From NCBI GenBank assembly GCA_963555995.3, contig OY821641.1, positions 311,399-375,398 of the forward strand: a DNA stretch of 64,000 bases. Direction: 5' to 3'. Under the pieces are notes generated by a model, which saw only the letters and a list, made by a program, of their open reading frames with translations, did not search any database and had not been told where the DNA came from. Shown here piece by piece: positions 28,881-37,333 of the stretch. The DNA is from Vicinamibacteria bacterium. Its GTDB lineage: Bacteria; Acidobacteriota; Vicinamibacteria; Marinacidobacterales; Marinacidobacteraceae. The position numbers and the translations under genes are program-made. Numbering within the stretch: the first letter of the stretch is position 1; every line of letters starts with the position of its first letter.

Positions 28881-30343
28881 TCCGAAGCCGGATTGCCCTC
28901 ACGGTCCTGACCACCGCCACCCTCACCCTCACCGCCTGCGACCCCGACAACACCCTCCCCGGCCGCTCGCGCCCCATCTTCGAGCACGACTGGCCGGCCC
29001 CGGCTGAGGCGATGGGCGGGCCTTCCGCGTTCACCCCGCCCGATCCCGCCGAGGCCCTCTTCAAGGCGTCGAGCGGCGTCCGGGCCTACATCGTGCCGGC
29101 GGAAACAGACCCCTTGGTACGCATCACCGTAGCGCTGCCGCTGGGCCGGCTCCACGAAGCCGAGGGCGAGGCCGGCGCCTCGGCGCTCCTGACCCGTCTC
29201 CTCACGACGCGCGGCGCTGCGGGGGCGGGGGACCCGCTTTCGCTCCGCCTCGCCGAATTGGGAACGTCGCTGAGCGTGGTCGAGTCCCTCGACGCCACGC
29301 ACCTCTCCCTGAACGTGCTGCCCGAGGACTGGCGTGCGGGGCTGGAACTGCTCGCGGCGATCGTCCGGAATCCCGACCTCGACGCAGCCGCGATCCGGGG
29401 GTACCGGACAGGCGCCGGCTACGACATGCCCATGGCCGGGATCGTCGGCGCCGGCTACCGTCCCAAGGTCGAGCTGGAGCGGTTCGTTCACGGAGTTCCC
29501 CTGGCGCCGCCGGAGCCCGGGACGAGCCTCTCGCTGGCTGCTGTCCGGGCGCTGGCGGCCCGGAGCCTGACCGCCGACCGCGTGGTGCTCGGGATCGGGG
29601 GGGCTGTTTCCCGCGCCGAAGCGGAGGAGGCGCTGGAGTCGGCGACTGAGGATTGGGTCGCGAGCGGCGAACCGGCGCCGGAGCCCGCCGTGATCGAACC
29701 CGGCGCGCCGCCGAGCCGCTTCCATGCGGTGGACGTCCCGAGCCTGGAGGGCTGGATCGCCATCGGCCGCGTAGTCGGCGCCGTTCCGGAATCGGACCGG
29801 GCCCCGCTGGCCGTACTCAGGTTCATCCTCGCCGAACGCCTGAACATCGCCGCGCGCGAAAGGCGCGGCCTCGCCAACCGGGACGACTTCGAGATCCCCG
29901 AGACGGCGTCCGGAACCGGCCTCCTCCTCGTCCGCACCGGCGGACGTCCGGAAGCGGTCGGCCCCCTCGTCCGCTACAGCCTGGACGAGATCGCGCGGAT
30001 GCACGATCCGGACGAACCCGTCACCGATACCGAAGTCACCCGCGCGCAGGGCTGGCTGCTTGGGGCCGTGTGGCAGCGGTCCCTTGAACTCGCGACCGAT
30101 GCGAGCCGGACGTTCGCCGTTGAGCACGCGCGCCGCGGCGACACGGACCGCCTGATGAACTGGCCCGGGGCCGTCCGGGCCGTGACCGCCGCCGACGTCA
30201 AGCGGATCGCGCAGGAGTACCTGGACCCCGCCGGATTCACGACCGTGGTGGCGGGGCCGCTCGCGGAAATCCGGGCCGCGCGCCACCCACGCTGGCCGGT
30301 GGCGCTGGATGACCTGGAGGCGGAACTCTCAGGCGAGCAGTGA
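28739..30343 (+). CDS. M16 family peptidase-like protein, no HxxEH seen (non-catalytic partner); start uncertain
   Basis: Lipobox-like 'LTLTAC' at about 28930, and M16-like blocks ('VRITVALPLG', 'ALLTRLLTTRG'). The only in-frame canonical start upstream of the signal sequence is a GTG at 28739, inside the REP cluster. Confidence 0.65.
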   Translation: MALTAWNTGPRPARGPQVRDGAAPLCLTGRPAGSAGLQTGTATRRAALRSRIALTVLTTATLTLTACDPDNTLPGRSRPIFEHDWPAPAEAMGGPSAFTPPDPAEALFKASSGVRAYIVPAETDPLVRITVALPLGRLHEAEGEAGASALLTRLLTTRGAAGAGDPLSLRLAELGTSLSVVESLDATHLSLNVLPEDWRAGLELLAAIVRNPDLDAAAIRGYRTGAGYDMPMAGIVGAGYRPKVELERFVHGVPLAPPEPGTSLSLAAVRALAARSLTADRVVLGIGGAVSRAEAEEALESATEDWVASGEPAPEPAVIEPGAPPSRFHAVDVPSLEGWIAIGRVVGAVPESDRAPLAVLRFILAERLNIAARERRGLANRDDFEIPETASGTGLLLVRTGGRPEAVGPLVRYSLDEIARMHDPDEPVTDTEVTRAQGWLLGAVWQRSLELATDASRTFAVEHARRGDTDRLMNWPGAVRAVTAADVKRIAQEYLDPAGFTTVVAGPLAEIRAARHPRWPVALDDLEAELSGEQ

Positions 30344-30368
30344 GGAACTGGTTGGGTGGGGCCGCGCG

Positions 30369-30440
30369 GGTTGGTGGAGTTGCGACGTGCGCGGTGCGGA
30401 GCACCGCGCGTGCCGGTCTGGAGACCGGCGTTCCAAGCCG
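30369..30440 (+). repeat. REP-like module, long form (forward)
   Basis: 'ggttggtggagttgcgacgtgcgcggtgcggagcaccgcgcgtgccggtctggagaccggcgttccaagcc'. H1 carries a compensatory C:G to T:A change. Confidence 0.9.
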
Positions 30441-30471
30441 GCGCGCCAGCCGTGCTGGCCGCAGCCCGGCT

Positions 30472-30792
30472 TCACTCCGTCAGCGGTGAACCTCCGGCAA
30501 GGATGGCCGGAAGGTGGGTCACGTCGGCGACGGTGATCCCCGGCGCCAGCGCCGAAGCGGCCGCCGGACGGCCCAGGACGTAGTGCTCGCCGGGCTTCCA
30601 GGGACCCCCGGCGGCTTCCAGTTCGGCGTTCACCCGTGAGAGGTTCCGCGCTTCCCGCGAGCCCGGATGCTCTTGCCATTTGCACTCCGCGAAGCTCAGC
30701 TTGCCGCCGGACTCCAGGACGAAATCCACCTCGCGGCCCGGGAGGTCCCGGTAGTACCAGAGCCCGACCGGCCGGCCGCCGATCTCACGAAT
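30472..30792 (-). pseudogene. 5'-truncated remnant of a DUF4143-family ATPase gene
   Basis: The open frame encodes only a DUF4143-type C-terminus ('LWYYRDLPGREVDFVLESGGKLSFAECK'). There is no P-loop part, and the frame is closed by a stop at about 30793, where GC drops. Confidence 0.65.
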
Positions 30793-30822
30793 TCAGTTCG
30801 GATCCAACACGGTCCTGGCTTG

Positions 30823-30855
30823 GCGCTAATTCAAGATTCGATTTTGAATTAGCGC
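30823..30855. promoter_or_regulatory. 12-bp perfect inverted repeat 'gcgctaattcaa-N9-ttgaattagcgc' 25 nt upstream of the ATPase gene
   Basis: Read directly from an AT-rich intergenic patch. Could be an operator or a bidirectional hairpin. Confidence 0.35.
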
Positions 30856-30879
30856 ACAAATCGTGTCATCCTGCCCGCA

Positions 30880-32106
30880 ATGATCGAGCGGGATCTCACT
30901 TCGGTCCTCCTGAAGGCGGCTGGCCGTGCGCCGGTGGTGACCCTCACCGGGCCGCGGCAGAGCGGCAAGACGACCCTCTGCCGGGCGCTCTTCGGCGACC
31001 GCCCGTACGCGAGCCTCGAAGCGCCGGATGTCCGCGCCTTCGCCGCCGAAGATCCGCGCGGCTTCCTCGCGCAGTTCCCGGAGGGCGCGGTCTTCGACGA
31101 GATCCAACGGGTTCCCGATCTTCTTTCCCACATCCAGGGCATCGTGGATGACGATCCCGCCCACGGGCGCTGGATCCTGACCGGATCGCAGAACTTCTCG
31201 CTTCGCGGCGCGATCAGCCAATCGCTCGCGGGCCGCACGGACGTGCTGGAACTCCTGACGTTGACCAGGGGCGAGATCCGGCGTTTCCGGAAGTCTCCCG
31301 CGAGTCTCGACGAGGCGCTGCTCACGAGCGGCTTTCCCCGAATCTTCGACCGCGAACTCGAGCCCGCGCCCTGGCTCCGCGCCTACGTGAACACCTACGT
31401 CGAGCGGGACGTCCGCCAACTTCTGGGTGTCGGCGATCTCGTGGCCTTCCAGCGCTTCCTCGAGCTCTGCGCCGGCCGCACCGGACAATTGCTCAACCTC
31501 TCCTCGCTCGCGGGCGACTTCGGCGTCTCGCAGCCGACCGCGAGGGCCTGGCTCTCGGTGCTGGAAGCGAGCTACATCGTGTTCCGCCTGCCGCCGTTTC
31601 ACGCGAACCTGCGCAAGCGCCTCGTGAAGGCGCCGAAGCTCATGTTCCACGACGCCGGGCTCGCCTGCTGGCTCCTCGGAATCCACGAGCCGTACCAACT
31701 CCGCACCCACCCCTTGCGGGGGGCCATCTTCGAGACCTGGGTCGTCTCGGAGGTGATGAAGCTGGTGACGAACCGGGGCGCCGCGACGCGGCGGGACCCC
31801 GGACTCTCGTTCTATCGGGACCGGAGCGGAGCCGAGGTGGACCTGGTGATCGAACGGCCCGACCGCCTCACCCTGCTGGAGTGCAAGTCCGCGGCGACGC
31901 CGTCCGCGGCGCTACTGGCCGGGGCCCGGCGCGTCGCCGGTCACTTCGCGGGGTCGGGGCGGCCGGTTGATCTGGCGGTGGTCTATGGCGGAGACGAGGA
32001 GCAGCGGCGCACCGCCGGCTGGATCGTCCCGTGGCGGAGCGTGGGGGAAGTGGTGTTCCCCGATGGCCAGGGGCCTCCGCCTACCCCGGGACCCAGTACC
32101 AGGTGA
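30880..32106 (+). CDS. AAA_14/DUF4143 family ATPase
   Basis: Walker A 'GPRQSGKTT', Walker B 'AVFDEIQ', and a DUF4143 C-terminus 'FYRDRSGAEVDLVIE...LLECK'. Confidence 0.85.
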   Translation: MIERDLTSVLLKAAGRAPVVTLTGPRQSGKTTLCRALFGDRPYASLEAPDVRAFAAEDPRGFLAQFPEGAVFDEIQRVPDLLSHIQGIVDDDPAHGRWILTGSQNFSLRGAISQSLAGRTDVLELLTLTRGEIRRFRKSPASLDEALLTSGFPRIFDRELEPAPWLRAYVNTYVERDVRQLLGVGDLVAFQRFLELCAGRTGQLLNLSSLAGDFGVSQPTARAWLSVLEASYIVFRLPPFHANLRKRLVKAPKLMFHDAGLACWLLGIHEPYQLRTHPLRGAIFETWVVSEVMKLVTNRGAATRRDPGLSFYRDRSGAEVDLVIERPDRLTLLECKSAATPSAALLAGARRVAGHFAGSGRPVDLAVVYGGDEEQRRTAGWIVPWRSVGEVVFPDGQGPPPTPGPSTR

Positions 32107-34270
32107 GCTTCGCGAGCAGCTCCCGGTAGGACGGCTCGTCGCTGTCCATGCCGAAGGGCTGGCGCTCGTTGTAGACGACGTAGATGTCGCTGCCGGGGCG
32201 GTAGTTCCAGCGGAGCTGGACGTTGCCGGAGAAGTTGCCGTCGTCGTCGTTCCACTGGAGCAGTCCCCGGATGAAGGCGTCCGGCGACAGCGCCAGCAGG
32301 CCGCGCAGCACCACCAGGTTGGTGTTGAAGTCACCGTTCTCCTGCGGCAGCCGGACCTCGCTCCGCGAGTAGTTCACCTGGAGCCGCACGCGGGGATGCG
32401 GGCGGACGGCCACGCCCGGCGAGTACACCTGGAGCCGGCCGTCGAAGAAGCCGTTGTTCATGGCGAACAGGTCGAACGACACCCGGCGGCTCTGCGACGT
32501 GTTGGCCATCATCATGAAATCGGTGGTCGTGTACTGCCCCTCCTCGATTACCACCCCGTCGCGCAGTTCGAACGACTCGCTCAGCCCCTCGATGTTCTGC
32601 GAGACGTTGACGAAGAACTGGCTGCCGTCGTCGAAGAGGAAGAACGGACCGAAGCTAGCGTTCTGGGTCTGGATCGAGCCGTCGGGCTCGGTGATGCGGA
32701 TGATGCCCGGCCCCATGAAGATCTGCCGGATCCCGTAGCGGCCGATCCGGGGGCTCCAGAGTCCGTCCAACCGCACCTTCCGGACCCCGGTGCGGGGCAC
32801 GAAACCCAGTTCCGAGCGGAACCCCTCGCCGATGTCGGTGTAGGTCGCGAACATGTTCCAGCGGTCGTCGCCCACCTGTCCGGTCACCCCGAAGGCGCTT
32901 TCCCGTCCCCGGGCGCCTGGCGTCGCGCTGCGGGCGGCGAACCCGGTGACGGTGGCGGACTCGTTCGGCGCCCAGGCGAAGTCCGCGGCCCCGACCCGGT
33001 GCGAGTCGCCCCCGATTTCCGTCCGGTCGAGCGCCATTACCCCGATGGAGCTGCGCTCCAGCACGTCCCGCCGGAGCCGCAGGGCCGAAAACCCGGTGGC
33101 GGGCGAGACCCCTTCGAACTCCTGCTGGCGGATGTGGAAGGCCCCCACGTCGGTGGCCCCCAGCTTGCCGGTGACGCGCGCCCCGCCGAGGATGGGGATG
33201 ATCTCCCCGTCCTCGGAGAGCCCGATCCGCCGGCTGAAGAAGAGGAACATCTCCGGCGGCTCGAAGGGCCGGGTCGTCTCGCCGACCTGGAAGAGGCCGG
33301 CGTTTTCCAGGAAGAACTCGCGCTGCTCGGGGAAGAAGAGCTCGAAGCGGGTCAGGTTCACCTGCTGCTCGTCGGCCTCCACCTGGGCGAAGTCGGTGTT
33401 CAGGGTCACGTCGAGGTTCAGGTTCGACCCGAGCGAGACCTTGGCGTCGAGCCCCAGGTCGGTGGTCCCGGCCCGTTCCTCGCCCTCGCCGGTGATCCCG
33501 GCGACCCCGAAGGGCTTCAGCTTGATGCGGCCGCCGGGGTTCGCGTGCTCCATCCCGTGCATCACTCCGTAGGCGGAGACCCGCCACATCGCGTTGAAGC
33601 CCCAGTCCACCGAGATCGGGGCCCAGAAGCTGATCTCGCGGGTGCGCGCCACCTGCCGGCCGAAGTTGACCCCGAACTCGGGCGTCCCGCGCGGAAAGCG
33701 GAGCGTCTCGAACGGGATCACCATCTCGGTCGCCCAGCCGTCCGCGGTCCGCCGCGACCCCACCCGCCAGACGCCGTCCCACTCGTTGTTGATCGCGGCG
33801 CCCTCGTTCTGTACGAGGCCGTCCTGCCGGGTCCCCACCGCGTTCGTGCTGAAGAAGACCGCGCTCCGGTGGTCGTGGTAGGGGTCGAGAACGATGAAGA
33901 AGTTGTCGTCGCTCTCGAGGTTGGCGTCGCGCCGGTACTCGCGGGCGACGATCGCCGCCGGGTCGTCGTCCTCCATGCGGGCAGCGACCAGCAGCGCGTC
34001 CCGGGTGTAGGCCACGTACACCTCGGTGGCGTAGGTGGGTTCGGCGCCATCCACCGGCTCGGTCTGGATGAAGCCGTCGGCGACCGCGGCGAGCGCCCAG
34101 ACCTCCTCGTCGAGCCGGCCGTCCGCTACCGGGAGCTCCTCCACGAGCGGCACGTCGAGCACCTGGTCGTGCGTCTCGTCGTGCACCTCCTGGGACGAGG
34201 CGGGGCCGGCGGCCAGCAGCAGGAGCCCGAGGAGCGTTACTCCTCGAGCGCGAACTCGAAGCACATCCAT
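32081..34270 (-). CDS. DUF5916/CBM9-like domain outer-membrane-type protein
   Basis: Signal peptide 'MDVLRVRARGVTLLGLLLLAAGPASSQ'. 'ADGRLDEEVW...FIQTEP..G..PTYATEVYVAYTRDALLVAARMEDDDP', 'DDNFFIVLDPYHDHRSAVFFSTNAVG'. Beta-rich C-terminal part. Confidence 0.75.
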   Translation of the reverse strand: MDVLRVRARGVTLLGLLLLAAGPASSQEVHDETHDQVLDVPLVEELPVADGRLDEEVWALAAVADGFIQTEPVDGAEPTYATEVYVAYTRDALLVAARMEDDDPAAIVAREYRRDANLESDDNFFIVLDPYHDHRSAVFFSTNAVGTRQDGLVQNEGAAINNEWDGVWRVGSRRTADGWATEMVIPFETLRFPRGTPEFGVNFGRQVARTREISFWAPISVDWGFNAMWRVSAYGVMHGMEHANPGGRIKLKPFGVAGITGEGEERAGTTDLGLDAKVSLGSNLNLDVTLNTDFAQVEADEQQVNLTRFELFFPEQREFFLENAGLFQVGETTRPFEPPEMFLFFSRRIGLSEDGEIIPILGGARVTGKLGATDVGAFHIRQQEFEGVSPATGFSALRLRRDVLERSSIGVMALDRTEIGGDSHRVGAADFAWAPNESATVTGFAARSATPGARGRESAFGVTGQVGDDRWNMFATYTDIGEGFRSELGFVPRTGVRKVRLDGLWSPRIGRYGIRQIFMGPGIIRITEPDGSIQTQNASFGPFFLFDDGSQFFVNVSQNIEGLSESFELRDGVVIEEGQYTTTDFMMMANTSQSRRVSFDLFAMNNGFFDGRLQVYSPGVAVRPHPRVRLQVNYSRSEVRLPQENGDFNTNLVVLRGLLALSPDAFIRGLLQWNDDDGNFSGNVQLRWNYRPGSDIYVVYNERQPFGMDSDEPSYRELLAKLTWYWVPG

Positions 34271-34920
34271 GAGACCGAGACGAAGGCCACCGCGGCCAGT
34301 ACCAGGAAACGCGCGGCCTCCCAGACCGGTTCGCCCGCCATCGCGGCCCGCACCCCCGACACCCCGGCGATCAGCAACGGCGCGGAGAGCGGGAACAGCA
34401 GCAGCGGCAGCAATACCTCGCGCACCGGGGTGGCGGCGCAGATGGCCGCCACCGTGGTGCCGAGGGCCATGAAACCGAGGGAGAAGCACAGGAGGATCGC
34501 GCCGAAGAGCAGCAGACCACCTACGGACTGGCCGCCCAAAAGGTTCGCCCGGAAGAAGAGCTCGTAGAGCAGGACCACCGGAATCTGGACGGCGAGCAGC
34601 AGGAGCGTCCCCGAGGCCAGCTTCCCGAAGTAGATCGCCGACCGGTCCACCGGGCCGAGCATGAGTCCGTGGATCGCCATCGCCTCGGTCTCGGGGGCGA
34701 AGCTCCGGTAGAGCCCCAGGGTCCCGGCGAAGAGGAAGGCCGCCTGGAGCACGCCGGGGGCGAGGTCCCGCCGGTCCGCCGAATCGAGCCCGATGGCGAA
34801 GTGCATGACCAGCAGCACGAGCGCGGCGAAGAGCAGCATCGCCGGGAGCCGCTCGCGGGAGCGGGCCTCGCTCAGCAGGTCCTTCCCGGCGATGGCCGCC
34901 GCGGCCGAGAAGGTGGTCAC
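34237..34920 (-). CDS. ccmB: heme exporter protein CcmB
   Basis: 227-aa protein with about 6 TM segments, directly after ccmA (overlapping stop/start). N-terminal '...AGKDLLSEARSRERLPAMLLFA' is typical of CcmB. Confidence 0.85.
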   Translation of the reverse strand: MTTFSAAAAIAGKDLLSEARSRERLPAMLLFAALVLLVMHFAIGLDSADRRDLAPGVLQAAFLFAGTLGLYRSFAPETEAMAIHGLMLGPVDRSAIYFGKLASGTLLLLAVQIPVVLLYELFFRANLLGGQSVGGLLLFGAILLCFSLGFMALGTTVAAICAATPVREVLLPLLLFPLSAPLLIAGVSGVRAAMAGEPVWEAARFLVLAAVAFVSVSWMCFEFALEE

Positions 34921-35633
34921 GAGGCGTCTCCGGCCGGGAGGCCGGCGGCGGCTGTGTCGTAGGTGCGGCGGACGGTTTCGGGGTCGGCGGCCGGATCGTC
35001 GAGGACCACCCGGCCTCGCTGGAGGACCAGCGCCCGGTCGGCGAGTTCGACCGCCCGGCCCACGTCGTGGGTGGCGAAGAGCACCGCCGCGCCGCGCCCG
35101 CGCGCCGCCCGCACCATGCCGGCGAGCCGCTCGCGCGCCGCGCCGTCGAGCCCGGCGAAGGGCTCGTCGAGCAGCAGCAGGTCCGGCTCGTGCAGCAGCG
35201 CCCGCGCGAGCGTCGCCCGCTGCGCCGTTCCCCGCGAGAGGTGCCGCGCCGGGACGCCGGCGACGGCGGCGAGGCCGTGCCGCTCGAGCAGTTCGCCGAT
35301 GTCGGTTCGCGCCCCGTGGAGGCGCCGGTGGAAGCGCAGGTTCTCGGCGACGGTGAGTTCCGGGTAGAGGAGTGACTGGTGGGAGGCGAAGCCGATCCAG
35401 CCGCGCGCCGCCGGAACGGCCTGCTTCAGTTCCACCCCCCGGTAGCGGAGCGCGCCGGACGACGGCCGGGCGAGGGTGGCGGCCATCCGGATCAGGGTCG
35501 TCTTCCCCGCGCCGTTCGGGCCGAGCAGGCCGACGATCTCGCCGGCGGGCACCGTGAGGCTCACCTCGTCCACCACCGGGACCTCCCGGTAGCGCCGGGT
35601 GACGCGCTCGGCCTCGAACAGCGGGGTGGTCAC
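34917..35633 (-). CDS. ccmA: heme ABC exporter ATP-binding protein CcmA
   Basis: Walker A 'GPNGAGKTT', signature 'LSRGTAQR', Walker B 'LLLLDEP'. GTG start chosen at 35633, because the upstream Met of the track ORF lies in a REP. Confidence 0.85.
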   Translation of the reverse strand: MTTPLFEAERVTRRYREVPVVDEVSLTVPAGEIVGLLGPNGAGKTTLIRMAATLARPSSGALRYRGVELKQAVPAARGWIGFASHQSLLYPELTVAENLRFHRRLHGARTDIGELLERHGLAAVAGVPARHLSRGTAQRATLARALLHEPDLLLLDEPFAGLDGAARERLAGMVRAARGRGAAVLFATHDVGRAVELADRALVLQRGRVVLDDPAADPETVRRTYDTAAAGLPAGDAS

Positions 35634-35680
35634 TCTGCAGCCGGTGGCGCCCCGCCGCTCATCAAAATGGCGCAAACGGT

Positions 35681-35738
35681 TTGGAACGCCGGCTTCAGCC
35701 GGCACAGCGGGCCGAAGGCCCGCCGGCTGAAGCCGGCC
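35681..35738. repeat. REP-like variant-3 pair (ccggct/agccgg hairpins flanking a gcgggcc/ggcccgc hairpin)
   Basis: 'ttggaacgccggcttcagccggcacagcgggccgaaggcccgccggctgaagccggcc'. Confidence 0.85.
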
Positions 35739-35796
35739 CAGTTGCTGTGAAAATGCCGTCTCGCCAAGACGTCAGTTAGCGCAAGTTGCGCCGCCG

Positions 35797-35965
35797 GCTG
35801 GGAGCGCCGGTCTTCAGACCGGCACGCGCTGCGCCAGAGCGCAGCGCACCGCACGACGCTGACCTGCGCGGTGGCGTCCTGCTTTCGATGCATCAACGCG
35901 AACGGTGACACGACATCGGCGGGCCTTCGGCCCGCGGTGCCGGTCTGAAGACCGGCGCTCCCAGC
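35797..35965. repeat. REPIN-like inverted pair of REP modules (169 bp)
   Basis: 29-bp terminal inverted repeats 'gctgggagcgccggtcttcagaccggcac' / 'gtgccggtctgaagaccggcgctcccagc'. Same length as, and internally similar to, 19640..19808. Confidence 0.9.
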
Positions 35966-36072
35966 TGTCTCCACCGTTTTCATGCCCGGCGGGGTGTGCA
36001 GGAGGACCGATCGTGGGGGTTGCTGTGAAAGTGCAGCCGTGCGGGTTGGCCAACGGCCGCGATGGCGCCGCC

Positions 36073-36230
36073 GGCTTGGAACGCCGGCTTCAGCCGGCAC
36101 AGCGGCCCGCAGGCGGTTTGTCGCTATCCCGGGTGCATTGGCGTGCGCAGCCGAGCCATCCCGGCGCATGAGGTCCGTCTCGCCGCCCGCCTGCGGCGGG
36201 CTGTGCCGGCTGAAGCCGGCGTTCCAAGCC
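36073..36230. repeat. REPIN-like inverted pair, variant 3 (158 bp)
   Basis: Terminal inverted repeats of about 44 bp: 'ggcttggaacgccggcttcagccggcacagcggcccgcaggcgg' / 'ccgcctgcggcgggctgtgccggctgaagccggcgttccaagcc'. Confidence 0.9.
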
Positions 36231-36247
36231 GGCGGCGCCATCACACG

Positions 36248-37333
36248 CTACCGTCCTCCGCCGAAGGCGCGGTGCAGCAGCCCGAACCCCAGCGCGGCGG
36301 CCATCAGCAGCGCGAGCGCCCACTTGGAGGCGATCGTCGGGTCCGGGAGCCGGCCGATGGTGCCGACGGCGGACCTTTCCTCTTCCGACGGGGCCACGAG
36401 GCCGGGGAGCTGGCGGCCTCCCGGGGTCGTCGCCGCCGGGGGCGGCGTGCCGCCGCTGAAGATCATTCCCACCGGCTCCCCGGCGGCAATGTCGAACTTG
36501 CGCGCCGCGGTGAGGCGGGCCTCCTGGTCGGCGCCCAGGATCTCCCAGCCCGGGGGCGCGCCGGGCGGCAGTTCGAGGGCGATGTCGAGCGGGGAGGCGA
36601 GGAGCAGCACTTCGGGGCTCGCGCGGGGCGCGACGAGCCGGGCCTCGTAGCGTTCCCCTTCGTAGGCGACCGCGTAGGAGAGGACGATCTCGGTCTCGCC
36701 GGGCTTGAAGGCGGTGCGGATGGCGTAGTCGCCCTCGTCGCCGACCGCGAAACTGCTCTGCGGCACCGGCATCCCGGTCTCCCCGGTGGAGCTGACGGTG
36801 GGGAGTTCGAGCAGCAGGTCCTCCGGCGGCAGCCGGAAGCGCAGGGTCTCGTCGTCGTGGATGAAGGTGCGGGGCGGCGCGGTGCGGTTGACCACCACGA
36901 AGATGTGGTCCACCCGGAGCGCGTCCCGCTCGCCTGGCATCCGCCGGTAGAGCGCCCGCCAGGTCGAGAGGCCGATCTCGGGCTCGTTCCACTCCGCGAA
37001 GGGGTCGTAAACGACGATCGCGGCTTCGGTCGTCTCGCCGGGGGTGAGACGGACCGGGGCGTTGTAGTTGACGCCGCGGTAGGTGGCCTGGAGCAGGAAG
37101 GGGCGGATGCCGCCCGCGGCGGCGGGTTCGTCCGGAGCCTCGAGGGTCACCTGGGCCTCGGGGTTCTCGACCTGGTCCATCGGCTCCATCCCCTCGCCGA
37201 GGCGGTAGAGGGTGACGAGGTCCGCGGACGCCGGGCCCTGGGTGGTCCCGTTCACGATGGTGACGCGGACGGGCTGGGCGGCGGCCGCGAGGGGGAGAAG
37301 GAGGGCGGCGAGGAGGAGCAGGGTACGGTTCAC
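36248..37333 (-). CDS. hypothetical secreted protein with C-terminal membrane anchor, in the ccm gene string
   Basis: GTG start overlapping the upstream stop (GTGA). Signal 'VNRTLLLLAALLLPLAAAAQ'. Beta-rich body ('VRVTIVNGTTQG'). C-terminal TM 'WALALLMAAALGFGLL'. Confidence 0.65.
   Translation of the reverse strand: MNRTLLLLAALLLPLAAAAQPVRVTIVNGTTQGPASADLVTLYRLGEGMEPMDQVENPEAQVTLEAPDEPAAAGGIRPFLLQATYRGVNYNAPVRLTPGETTEAAIVVYDPFAEWNEPEIGLSTWRALYRRMPGERDALRVDHIFVVVNRTAPPRTFIHDDETLRFRLPPEDLLLELPTVSSTGETGMPVPQSSFAVGDEGDYAIRTAFKPGETEIVLSYAVAYEGERYEARLVAPRASPEVLLLASPLDIALELPPGAPPGWEILGADQEARLTAARKFDIAAGEPVGMIFSGGTPPPAATTPGGRQLPGLVAPSEEERSAVGTIGRLPDPTIASKWALALLMAAALGFGLLHRAFGGGR

Noticed and set aside
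35630-36244. ORFs translated from repeat DNA, with recurring peptides such as 'AGLQTGTRGAPRRAR', 'CRSGDRRSKP', 'PVWRPAFQ' and 'WERRSSDRH'.
   Set aside because: The peptide similarity only reflects the repeated nucleotide modules read in different frames and strands. The copies show stem-preserving (nucleotide-level) substitutions rather than codon-level ones.
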